DNA of 64,000 bases, taken from IMG/VR virus record IMGVR_UViG_3300032075_000001, positions 11,382-75,381 of that record, one strand, 5' to 3'. Under the pieces are notes generated by a model. The model saw only the letters and a program-made list of their open reading frames with translations, was not told the DNA's origin and searched no databases. Each line of letters opens with the position of its first letter. Position 1 is the first letter of the stretch. The translations under genes were made by a program, and so were the position numbers. Shown piece after piece: positions 10,173-20,313 of the stretch. Origin of the DNA: a virus (lineage: Duplodnaviria > Caudoviricetes).

Positions 10173-11478
10173 TAGGGTAAAGCGAAATAGTGAGAATTTA
10201 TTTATGCACAGCCTGATTCACTCTCTTACCCCTCCCGGCGCAGGGTGGTGAGAGCGGCGTCGATCTGTTTGACGATCTCTGCCAGTCCTTGTCGCGCCGT
10301 ATCGAGATATTGAGCGCCTATGAACACTTGCGCATTGTTACGAGCTTGGATGAGAGCGTCCTCAAGTCGCGGCACGGCAGCGTGGTCAGCGATGATTTGC
10401 GCGGCGATTTCCGGCTTAACCAGCAACACGCCGATAGTCTGATTATTTTGAATTAAGTGATAATAATCAGAGGCAGTCTCATTCGCGACTACCGACCACT
10501 CCCCGGTCTCCGGCGCGGGTTGCGTGCGTTGTGACTTGAGATACTGTTCAGCTTCGTACTCGATAGCCTTCGCGGCTTCTTCCGCGCTCCAATCGCCACC
10601 GACGCCATCTGATCCATTTTGCATAATTCCGTAGAGATATTCAGTCAAGGTCTTAGTCATCACCTGATCCTCTTTCCAAGTTGCGGTCTGATGAGTTGAG
10701 TTAGCCCCAACAGTCACATTCGTATTCGTAGACGCCCTCTGTCTCCGGCAATTCACACAACGGGCAGACGTAGACGTTGCTCGGGTATATCGCAGGTTTG
10801 AACCAGCGTTCAGTTTCCCGGCGCTCCGGGTTATCGCGCTCATAGTCAGTGTTCACGATCATCCTTCCCCGTCCTTTCGTGGCTGGGTGCGCAGGTATAG
10901 CTCTCCGCTATTCACTAAACTTGCATCAATCACCTTCCGTAGCTCTCGTAACGCTGCCCGCGCAACATGTTTAGTTTTCTCAATCGCGGCCTGCGGCGTC
11001 TTACCAGACTCAGCCCACTTACCGCCAGCACTACCCGGCTCGCCGAGGAACGCAGTGTAGTGAACGTCTCCGTCTGCGTATTCATGCGCATGGACCTTCC
11101 AGTAACCGCTCGCGTCGATGGCGCAGTAATACCAGCCCATGTTCTCCCAGATGCGCGGCTTCCAGTTCGGGCCAAGCTGCTCAGCCAGTGCCTTGCCTTT
11201 GAAACACGCGGCATCATAGGCCGCGATAGTGCAATTCGCGCCGCACCACGGCGAGCAGTAGAACGGCCCGCGCCTTACTGGCCCTTTGCTATACAGTTCA
11301 TCGATTTCAGCTTCGCGGCCGTTAAAGCTCTTTGCTGTTGTCGGCATCGTTTTTCTCCACTCTGATTCGCTCCGCCTCCTCCCGCACTGCTTCCAGCAGC
11401 CTCGACGTCTCATGCCACTCGCAGCAACCGGGGCAGTAGAAGCGTTGGGCGCGGGGTTGAGTGGGCGTAGTCCGATGC

Positions 11479-12174
11479 TCAGTCATGCGACTCCTTTTCC
11501 GATGCGGTCGTCCAGTCCTTCGCCTCGATTACGTCATTCATCGGCATTGCCACAACGGTCATGTGCTGCCCTGTATCCCAGTTCCGCGCGTCAAACCGTA
11601 CAGGAGTGAAAGAACGATCTGGCTTGTCGTGTTCAGACTTATACACGCGCATCGTGACGGATTTGGTTCTATCCGGCCCGAACGCAGCCATTGCTTTCAA
11701 TGCTGGCAGTAATAGATTCAAATCGAGTGTTGCTACTGCCACGGGCTCGCCGTCAGGGATAGCTTTCTCCCACTTTGGAAACTGTTTCGAGGGTGGCTGT
11801 GGCGACTCGTCAACCTTGAATACCGTCTTAGTCTCAAGGTCGGTAGTAGCGATAACTTTCGACTGCCCGTCACCGTTGACGCCGATAAGTGCATGGTTCA
11901 ATGCTGGCAGTTGGCGTTCATTCGGAATCGCCTTAACGATGGCAGCGGCTTGTGCGGCAGGAATCAGAAATGGTTCAAACTCAGCAAGTGGCGTAACGTT
12001 GTCAATGAGTGGAAAATTCTCGTTCTCGGTTTCAGTGTTCGACACGAGCGCGAGCACGTGCCCGTCACAGGCCACGGTTTTATCCCGATGGATCTGAACA
12101 GTTGCCAGACTGAAACGGGTATCTTCTGATTTGGCTACCAATGAGCCGATTGCGAAGTTCTTACGGTTATGCAT
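11479..12174 (-). CDS. DNA polymerase III beta-clamp-like protein (short phage version)
   Basis: RFSLATVQI..KTVACDGHVLA and QFPKWEKAIP..LDLNLLL resemble the dnaN motifs R..L.GV....VATDGHRL and .YPDY..VIP; 231 aa. Confidence 0.6.
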   Translation of the reverse strand: MHNRKNFAIGSLVAKSEDTRFSLATVQIHRDKTVACDGHVLALVSNTETENENFPLIDNVTPLAEFEPFLIPAAQAAAIVKAIPNERQLPALNHALIGVNGDGQSKVIATTDLETKTVFKVDESPQPPSKQFPKWEKAIPDGEPVAVATLDLNLLLPALKAMAAFGPDRTKSVTMRVYKSEHDKPDRSFTPVRFDARNWDTGQHMTVVAMPMNDVIEAKDWTTASEKESHD

Positions 12175-12888
12175 TTGATTCTGCCTTTCGTTGAATGTTT
12201 TGTCTCGGATGTTCGCGATCCCATGCTCGCCACCTGCAAATGTCCGAACAGAACCGTTGCAGTTTGCGGGTAGTGGTCAGCGGCGTCTTACAACTTTCGC
12301 ATCTAGTCTTACGTTCCGGTTTCCTTTTGTAACGGCTCATACTCGCTCAACTTTCCGTTGCTACGGTTTTCTGCCGTGCGACAGAGTATCAGGCGTCACT
12401 TCCGTTGTCAACGAATATTTCAACGTCATCATTCCCTACCCCCGCACGCGGCTGAGTACTTGGCGAATCTTCTCCGTGCTGATTTGCAATCCGTCACGAA
12501 CGTCAGCCGGAACATTCCGCGCTGATTGCCAGAGGCGGATTGCCTCAAGTTCGTCTCGCAGTGCCGCGACGAGCTGTGCGTAATTGTCCGCTCGCACGTA
12601 TCTGACACTGTAGCCGTCCTTGGGACCGTCTTCATTCCTGTCGTAACTGTTCTAAGTCTGGCTCGACTTCGATTTCAACCTCTCTTGTTATTACAATTAC
12701 CTCAGCACCACAATCGCGGCACTTAAGAACGTAATCATCGGATGGCCCGTTACACATACGCTCAAACAGCATGGCGTTGTATCGATTGCAGTTCGGGCAT
12801 GACGGGTTATCTTCGCCGTTAAGTTTCAGATCAACTCGCTTGCCGTTGTAGTGATAGGTAATCATTTTAGTTTGTCTCCGTAAGAAGC

Positions 12889-12993
12889 ACTCTACTATCA
12901 TTGTCTAGCGTTGTCAAGCACAATCTCAATTATTTCATTGTTCAAATTGACCGCGAATAAATGCTTGACATAGATTGACGGCTAGTGTAGTCT
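12889..12993. promoter_or_regulatory. Divergent sigma70-like promoter pair
   Basis: Leftward TTGACA (12917-12912)-17-TAGAGT (12894-12889); rightward TTGACA (12965-12970)-17-TAGTCT (12988-12993). Confidence 0.7.
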
Positions 12994-13003
12994 GTCCTTC
13001 GAC

Positions 13004-13165
13004 ATGGCGACAACCACTAAAGACAAAATGTTATTCGCCCGCGTGGAAGAGGCTTTAATCCGACGACTTAAGCGGGTAGCGAAACAGATCGACCGCCCGC
13101 CTTCATGGGTGGTGCGGGAAGCGGTCAAGGCTGAGTTGGATAGGATTGAAGGGAAGGTTAAGTAA
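13004..13165 (+). CDS. Ribbon-helix-helix (CopG/Arc-like) regulator (53 aa, not in the ORF track)
   Basis: Manual translation: MATTTKDKMLFARVEEALIRRLKRVAKQIDRPPSWVVREAVKAELDRIEGKVK. Confidence 0.75.
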   Translation: MATTTKDKMLFARVEEALIRRLKRVAKQIDRPPSWVVREAVKAELDRIEGKVK

Positions 13166-13282
13166 TGTGCAAACACTGTAAACTTGAACGAGCACTGAAT
13201 TACGCGCAGGGATTGTGCTGGTTTTGTTACTGGAATGGATTAGCACGACTCGCGCGCAGACCGAAGCGAAAGGGGTGAGGGA

Positions 13283-14506
13283 ATGGGCGCAACGGCGATT
13301 ATGAAGCGAGTGATTCACAGGCCAACCGGAATTTGGTACTGGCTCGAAGTCAAGTTTAGTTGGAACGTGAAGTATTATTCCTTTGACGGCGGCGAGACTT
13401 GGCACAAGTCAAAAGTGACGGCTTTTATAAAGGCGCAGGGAAGCAATAGACTGCAATCCTGCGACTAACCAACCAACCCACGGGAGGGAGTATGAGTGAG
13501 ACGAAGATGACAGCGATTGAAACAATGATTCTCAGGACCGCGCGCTCAAGACCTGATCAGTGGCTGGATCATCATCGTCATTATCTCGGCGAGGTACTAG
13601 CCTTGCAATGTAAGGGATTAGTGACTACACGCATTGACGGTGATCGGTTACAGGTGCGTGCAACCACCACCAACGCGGAGTTGAGTTGATGCGAGTGAGA
13701 GAACATGAGTACGAAACAAGGTAACAAGCTACCAGCAAGAGAGTCGGCCTATTGCCCTACTTGCCGGATTCATTCATCGCAGTCGAGGACGGAGAGGCGC
13801 GGTGTACGATACTGCGGCGTATGTGGCAATGAGTTCACATTGGTTGAGTCGCGGTCAGCCTTAGCGATGCAAATGGAATCCGAAATCACGACAACAAAGG
13901 ATCTAACCCCATGCAACGTCTAACCTTATCCGACTACACCCTAACCATTCTCCTCATCCTCGCGCTCTCTTTCGGTGTCTACTACGGGTTGCAATCGTGG
14001 TTGACGAGGGTAAGTGAGGAGACGAGTGGGCGGATTGAGCGAGCAGGGAGGATCTATCAGTGATCTCTTTCGTTACCTTTCTTTTGGCGGTTACAGCTCT
14101 CGTTGGCGTAATCCGCTCCCAGTCTATTATGCCGCAGGTGATATTCTCGTTCTGGGCGGTGCTGCTGACAGTCGTTACCGTGATAATTGCGACTGATGCG
14201 ACTACGGAAGAACGACCTGAGACGACTGAGACAACTGCGCGGATGGGGGTTGACTACTGAGGACTACTAGTGATCACAGATCGTCATCATCCGAAACTCA
14301 AACAGGTACGCCGTCACGGCTGCCTGAAGTGTCGCAATCCACGTTGCGATCAACGTCATTGTCCCTTGTGTACGGAGTGCTCGACTTCACGTAAAGGGTA
14401 CACCGTTCCAATGCCAGCCTGTCGGATTGTTAAACCCTACCAAACAATAACAACACTAGCGGGAATCCACCTGTTTAACCCGCGATTAACGCTACCTCTA
14501 GTCTAA
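13283..14506 (+). other. Array of small rightward accessory genes, including small membrane proteins
   Basis: ORFs 13283-13468, 13492-13689, 13705-13923 (Zn finger), 14060-14260 (2 TM) and 14270-14506. Confidence 0.6.
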
Positions 14507-14536
14507 TGAAACAAAGTTGTGTAAACTCTTGTTGCG

Positions 14537-15061
14537 ATGAGTACTTCTTACGTTTCCGATTACACGCGTCATCAGCAACAGAAAATCGTCTGGGATAAGA
14601 CTCGCTCCAGAGCCGCGTCTTTACTGGCTTTAGGCTATAATAAGCAGTATGTCGCGGATGACGTAGGGGTTTGCCGGGCAACTATTTACAACTGGTTAGA
14701 CGATCCTGAATTTTGCCTGGAAGTAGATCGGTTATCTGTAATGCTGGACGTTTCCTCACGTGCCGAACGCATGCGTCATGTAATGCGGGTCATTCGTTCG
14801 CTGATGGATGAGAACGGCGTCCTTTGTACTGAGAAAGATCCACTAGACTGGTTGAAGTATGCGCAAAGTGAAACAGACGGAGCGAAGATTGATCTGAGTA
14901 AGTTAGCTGAACTACTCACAGGAGAGCATAGTGTGCAAGTGGGAGAGAGTGAGCAGCGGCAGTTGAGTCCGGCGATTGATGTTAGCGCAACCAGTGGTAG
15001 TAGCGAGGAGTTGTCGGCACAAGGGGAAGTAGTCGATGAAGACGCGCTCAATCCTTCGTAA
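14537..15061 (+). CDS. terS: Probable terminase small subunit (HTH)
   Basis: RAASLLALGYNKQYVADDVGVCRATIYNWLDDPEF HTH followed by a helical region and an acidic tail, a typical TerS layout. Confidence 0.6.
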   Translation: MSTSYVSDYTRHQQQKIVWDKTRSRAASLLALGYNKQYVADDVGVCRATIYNWLDDPEFCLEVDRLSVMLDVSSRAERMRHVMRVIRSLMDENGVLCTEKDPLDWLKYAQSETDGAKIDLSKLAELLTGEHSVQVGESEQRQLSPAIDVSATSGSSEELSAQGEVVDEDALNPS

Positions 15062-15228
15062 CGGAGCAGAAGCAATATGAATTCGAGCTTATTTGCGCTG
15101 ATTTTCCTGTGTGCTATATACGCTGGAGGAGTAGGTGGCGTAGCATGGTTGGCTTACCGTGTGTACCAGAACTCGCGCCCTCGTTATTAACCGCCCTACT
15201 CTCAGTAGCAGACATAGACCACAACTAA

Positions 15229-15317
15229 TGCTGGCGGAAGGACTCGAACCTTCATCACGCCCTAATCCGGGGCTTACGGATTATAAGTCCGCCGCACTGC
15301 CATTGTGCTACGCCAGC
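15229..15317 (-). tRNA. tRNA with UAU anticodon (Ile) and a long variable arm
   Basis: Cloverleaf: acceptor GCTGGCG/CGCCAGC, D stem GCAC/GTGC, anticodon stem GCGGA/TCCGT with loop CT-TAT-AA, 22-nt variable arm with GCCC/GGGC stem, T arm GAAGG-TTCGAGT-CCTTC, A73; CCA not encoded. Confidence 0.85.
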
Positions 15318-15403
15318 GTAATCCCTCAACAACCCACTTAGACCACTACTCACAACTGCGTATAGTCGTCACTGTCATCGTTGGGCCACGTGGTTCTAGG
15401 CTG

Positions 15404-15700
15404 TCATAGATCCAGCCATCGCAAAAAGAAATACATTAACCCAAACGAGATAGGGGGTATTAGTATTGTAGGTAGTATCGCAACACTGGGCCAACCACTA
15501 CGCGCCGCAACTGACAACGCCAGTAGAAGCATCATAAAAGCAAATCCCCCGGCGAAGACTGCGGTAGTTTTACGATCATTATCACCTTTCACCGTCCCGC
15601 GATCATGTCTCTGACTGCGCCCGTACCTGCTCACGTGGCGTAGTCGATTGTCGTCGTCGTTATCATCGTCTGAATCGATCATCATCATCATCACTCTCAC
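15404..15700 (-). CDS. Small membrane protein (2 TM)
   Basis: Acidic N-terminus and two hydrophobic segments. Confidence 0.5.
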   Translation of the reverse strand: MRVMMMMIDSDDDNDDDNRLRHVSRYGRSQRHDRGTVKGDNDRKTTAVFAGGFAFMMLLLALSVAARSGWPSVAILPTILIPPISFGLMYFFLRWLDL

Positions 15701-15797
15701 ACCTCAAATCTAAAAGTGTTGGGGGAGCTGGAGGGGTGGGGTCACACCCTCGTGTAAATTTTCCCCTTCTCGACTTATACAACATCTTGTTACCTGC

Positions 15798-16406
15798 TCA
15801 TCTCGACGGATTATTCCGTGCGTACTCGATAGCTTCTTCCAGTGTTTGGATTACTCGCATCGGCGGCAATCGGGATGGCTCCTCCGACGCAATCCCTTGC
15901 AGGGAGTTAGTCTGCGATGGACTAGTACCACCTCCACCTGCCAGCGTTGCATCTGCCTGCCGAGCGAAAGACAGCCGCTCTGCCAGTTTTGGAATAAAGG
16001 GTCGCTGTTGCTGTTCGCAGACTCCGCGCTCATTGTTACAAACTGAACAAGCTAATACGTGCAGCACGCCTTTCTGTTCCCGATAGCGATTCGCTCTTTC
16101 AGGGTGGAGACGTGAATAAAGATGGTCTACGGTAGTTTGTAAGGGATTTCCCACTGCGCCGTAGAGAGTTTTTTGTCCGCACCAGAAGCAATGCGGATCA
16201 GCGTGAAATAGCCGCAGTCGCATCTTTAAGATCTTCTCGCGCGATTCTTCTTTTGCGATGCGACGTGGAGGCGGGTGTAATGGTTGCGGCAGATAGTTAC
16301 GACTCGGAATCATCCATTCCGGCAGGCGGCGCTTACCTGCTTCGATCTCGCAATACTCCTCCCATGATTGCGGTCTGACCTGTCCCTCGTTGTCGAGCCA
16401 TGTCAT
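15798..16406 (-). CDS. HNH endonuclease
   Basis: CFWCGQ...TTVDHLYSR...VLACSVCNNERG. Confidence 0.75.
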   Translation of the reverse strand: MTWLDNEGQVRPQSWEEYCEIEAGKRRLPEWMIPSRNYLPQPLHPPPRRIAKEESREKILKMRLRLFHADPHCFWCGQKTLYGAVGNPLQTTVDHLYSRLHPERANRYREQKGVLHVLACSVCNNERGVCEQQQRPFIPKLAERLSFARQADATLAGGGGTSPSQTNSLQGIASEEPSRLPPMRVIQTLEEAIEYARNNPSR

Positions 16407-16412
16407 CGCGAT

Positions 16413-19400
16413 TTAGCCTTTCCGAAGGCAATCCTCCACATCCCGCAGTGTATCACCGAGCGTGAACTCCTTCACCTCGCAGTGCTCCCAGCCTAGATCT
16501 GTTCGACGCGCTTCAGCCAGCACTGGACTTGGGTAGTAGAGAAAGTCGCCACTGCCGTTACGTGCCCAGCCCGGCTGCTGATTCGGCGGACTTACCCAGA
16601 TGCCCCAGTAGCGCAATGGTTCCGACATGGAGACTGGCCCTGCGACGATAGTGATATTGTACAGTCCACGCTCCTGGAGTCGCTCCTGCATTCGACTGAG
16701 ATCTTCTGTGGCGATGTCAGCGCACTCGATCGCCAGCACGTAGCGTTTAGTAGAGTCGATTTCATGTAGCTTCATATCAGTCTTTCTGGTCGCCCAGCCA
16801 TTCGCGGTAGTTATTGTTATTCCGCGGTCCCCGGCAGTACTCACATACCGTGCGGATAACTCCGGTAGAAACGACCTGAATTATCGATAAAGATTCAGTA
16901 GCACCGCACATATTGCAGTGACCGGGCTCGAACAGGGACTCGCCGGAGGGCTGCTCTGGCGGCGGGGGTAAGAGCGCCCAATGCGTAGGTTCTCGTCCCA
17001 GTTTTGTGCCAATCCAGACATTACCCAACATTCTGGCGCTACAGATATTCCCGTAGCGATCCGCGGTCAGTAGCGGCGTATCCTTGGGCGGGTTGCTACC
17101 GCGTAACGGAATCCATTCATTGAACATGTGAGTTACCTTTCGGGCGTTGAATTTACCTAAGCTACAAACTCGGCATCACGCCATACATCCCCGCCACGTA
17201 GAAGCTCTCGGCGTGAGCTTGCGCCATGATGTCAGCACAGGAGGCGCAGTAGGACTTCCCTTGAACTTGATGCAGGTATGAGCTTGAGTTACGTGTTGGA
17301 CCACAACGCCTACAGTAAGCTAGATCGCTCGTGACGAAGCAACCGCCATGCTTATGCATTCGTTGGTTGACGCGACAGCCGCCGCAGTTGTCGTCGTGAT
17401 CGATCATCTCAATTCCTCGCCTCTCCCGGTTCCCGTCCCTCTTCCAGCACCGCTCGCCGAACCAGTTCACGACGTTGCGGCAACTCGGCCAGTTCGGACT
17501 CAAGATCCAGCCTGTGCGCTTCGCTCTCCCATAGGTCCATCAGTGCCATGTAGTAAGGGAGTCGATTTGCGGGCGTCCCTAACTCCTGCCAGCAGTCTTC
17601 GCAAAGCGGGAAGCATGAACTACCCGATCTGTATGACGTGTCATGCGACCGAACCACGGGCCACGGAAACTCGCAGCGACCACAGAAGCTGAAGTTAGGA
17701 TAAAGAGCTTGCAGATACGAGGACACGGATAACCGCTCTCGACATAACCGAGTGTTGACCTTATCCAACTTGCCGTGTGCTGTTTCGTTCAATTGCGTGC
17801 TCCTCACTGCTATCGCTCGGGATCGTATTGATCCGCATGTATTCGCGCCTCGTGTTCCGTATCGAATTTTACGGACCAGCGTGTGATCGATGCTGTCGTT
17901 ATGGGTTCCCATTCTGATCCGTTCCAGTAATGCGCGCCGGGAAACATGCCTTCGTTCTCGTCCCATGTAGAATAAGTAGGATACCAGCCTGTTTCAGTTG
18001 GTGTGTCAGTTGTTAGTTGTTGTTGCATTCTTTCTCCGCCGCCTGTGCCCACAACTTCACACTCATCCTCGCCGTCTCATCATCCAACTCACGAAACATC
18101 TCAATGAGCACGCTCGCCAACCTCGGCTCGTACCCATCCAGCACGAGATGGATGATTGTCGGGTAGTCGAGCAGGAGATTGAGAGCGTCGTCTGGAGTGA
18201 TCATTTGGCTGACTCCATAGCCTGTTGTTCTCGCAGCGCCTTGCGCCAGTCGCCTCTGCTGAGCCCGCTCAGGTCTAGGCGATTCTTCGTTACGCGCTGG
18301 CCGATATTGTAGGGCGCGAATGGGTAGCCGCTTTTGTGAATGCGCCAGAACTCGTCCGAGGGTAAGTCGTTCCCGTAAAAGTAACAATGGACACACAAGC
18401 CGGAATCGAACGGATCTACATCGAATGGCTTCCGACACCTCGGACAGCGATGCCAGCCCTGCGCTTCTCCGGTGGTAATCCAGCGTCCGTCAGATTTGGC
18501 AATCAGGTGAATAAACCGTCCCGACGAATCCTTGAACGCTGTCCACGCATGTCCGGCTCTCGGCCTACTCATAAGTACGGCCCACTCCACTTCTGCAACT
18601 TGCCCTTATCCACCGTGCGCCAGTAGTCCTCCAAATTCACCCCGCCACTCGCAGGCCATGCGAACTCTCGCCACTCGGGCATGGGTGGGAGTACATCCGG
18701 CAATCCCGCATCCTCCCACGCAATGAGTTGACGAATGATCGGCGCAGCGGGGAGTTTGTACGCGGCTTCCACTGCGTAGAGGAGACGAAGTTCGTTTTGC
18801 AGTCGCGTGCTCACCGTGACGATTTCACCTCCACGATCTTATTCTCCTCACCCAACGCACAAGCCCAGCAAATCCCCTGTTCACCACATTCGTCTATGTA
18901 CCGCTCGATCGCCGCTCCCGCTCCCACTCGCCCCGTCCCCGGACAATGGTTCTCCTCGATGTCGAACACGGCGTCATAGCTCGGATCGTCCGGCACTTCG
19001 ACTGGGATGATGAAGGTGCAGCGGACGTGGATGGTTCTAGTTTTGGGATCGTTTTTCGTCTCGATCAATCCGTTTCCCATGATGGTAATTCCTGCATGGT
19101 CAGTGCTTCCAGTAGCGCGGCTAGCTTGATGACCCCCTGCGTTGTTAGGCTTACGTGCACCAGCCACTCGGCGCTTTTATTATGATGGCTCTCGTAAACA
19201 CATACCATACGTTTACCGAATAGCGCGTTTAGTTTACCGCGATGTGCCTCTTTTTCTTGGCGGGCCAGTGTTTCCCGTTCGGCCTCTTGCTTCCGCTGCT
19301 CTTGTGCCGCATCGTACTCGGCGCATTGAGATTTGGTTGCAATGGCTTGGATCTCTGAGCCGTACCACCCGCTGTAACCAATCTTGCGATAATGCGGCTG

Positions 19401-19577
19401 CTTATCGTATCGAGATAGCTTGCCGCGATAGAATCGCGCGCCGTCCTTCCCCCACGGCCAGTCTGTTACGACCTGCTTAGGCGTTAACCTGACTACCGTG
19501 CAAATGATTTGTTTTCGGTCGTAATCAACCCAAACACGGTCGCCTTCTTTGATGTTTTTTAGGTTAGCTCTTCTCAT
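16413..19577 (-). other. Array of small leftward accessory genes
   Basis: ORFs including 16777-17127 (DUF551-like WIP....PP...PTHWALLPPPP), 17810-18052, 18201-18572, 18569-18814, 18811-19167 and 19065-19577. Confidence 0.6.
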
Positions 19578-19590
19578 TCTCGCCCTACTA

Positions 19591-19629
19591 TTGACTCCTA
19601 ACAATATCTTGTGCGATGATGGATGTCAA
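19591..19629. promoter_or_regulatory. Overlapping divergent promoters with an operator
   Basis: Leftward TTGACA (19629-19624)-17-TATTGT (19606-19601); weaker rightward TTGACT (19591)-18-TGcGATGAT; ACAATATCTTGT at 19601-19612. Confidence 0.6.
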
Positions 19630-19638
19630 GGAGGAATT

Positions 19639-20313
19639 ATGGACAACGCACTAGACCGCGACACTGCTGGTAGTATTGCTCACAACGCAAGTGCTATCGT
19701 TAAACTGCAAGGTGAGATTGCCAATGCTGCTGATCTGATCAGGGTGTTGGATTCACTACCGCTAGGCGAGGCAACTATAACGGTTTCTACTTTCGTTCGA
19801 CAGGAACCTTACTCTTGCGCCATTTCAAACGCCTCGGCGATTTGCTTACTACGCGAGTCGATTGAGATGAAGCAGCAATACATTAAGACTCTCAGTGACT
19901 GGCTGCGATCTGCGTTGAACGAATAGCAGCGCACATACCCGTCAAGTTCTATTGTATACTGCGCGACGATGGACACCGTTCCTGAATATCCCTTCGACCT
20001 TTTGTCGAGAATCCGTGAGCGAATCGTTAAAGACGTTGACGCGAATGGTAGAACTTATCGCTGCTCGTCTGAACTTTCAACCGCGTTTGCCGGATGGAGC
20101 CACGAGCAGATTGATGAATGGGCCATTGAGCACGGTTTGGTAATCATCGCTCAACCCGATCGTCGAATTGTAATCATGCGCGTTACGCCGGATAGCTTAG
20201 CGCCGTTGATAGCCATCGTCGGGAAAACTGAGGCGCTTGAGCTTCAACAGTTTGCGCGTGAGCGCGTACGTGCAGAAGTAGACGCGATGGACTGGTCGGA
20301 CATTATCGAATGA
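19639..20313 (+). other. Two hypothetical genes (19639-19926 and 19969-20313) preceding TerL
   Basis: GGAGG RBS before 19639; 20313 overlaps the TerL start. Confidence 0.6.

Larger units (their letters stand above)
6143..12901 (-). other. Array of tightly packed small leftward accessory genes
   Basis: About 20 abutting or overlapping minus-strand ORFs, e.g. 6143-6427, 6587-7003, 7435-7725, 7722-7934, 7965-8159, 8156-8575, 9052-9264, 9425-10114, 10226-10660 and 10859-11347. Confidence 0.7.

Noticed and set aside
15705-15760. G-rich run as a cos/pac site or G-quadruplex
   Set aside because: It lies between TerS and TerL but shows no recognisable cos symmetry; the G-tracts alone are insufficient evidence.
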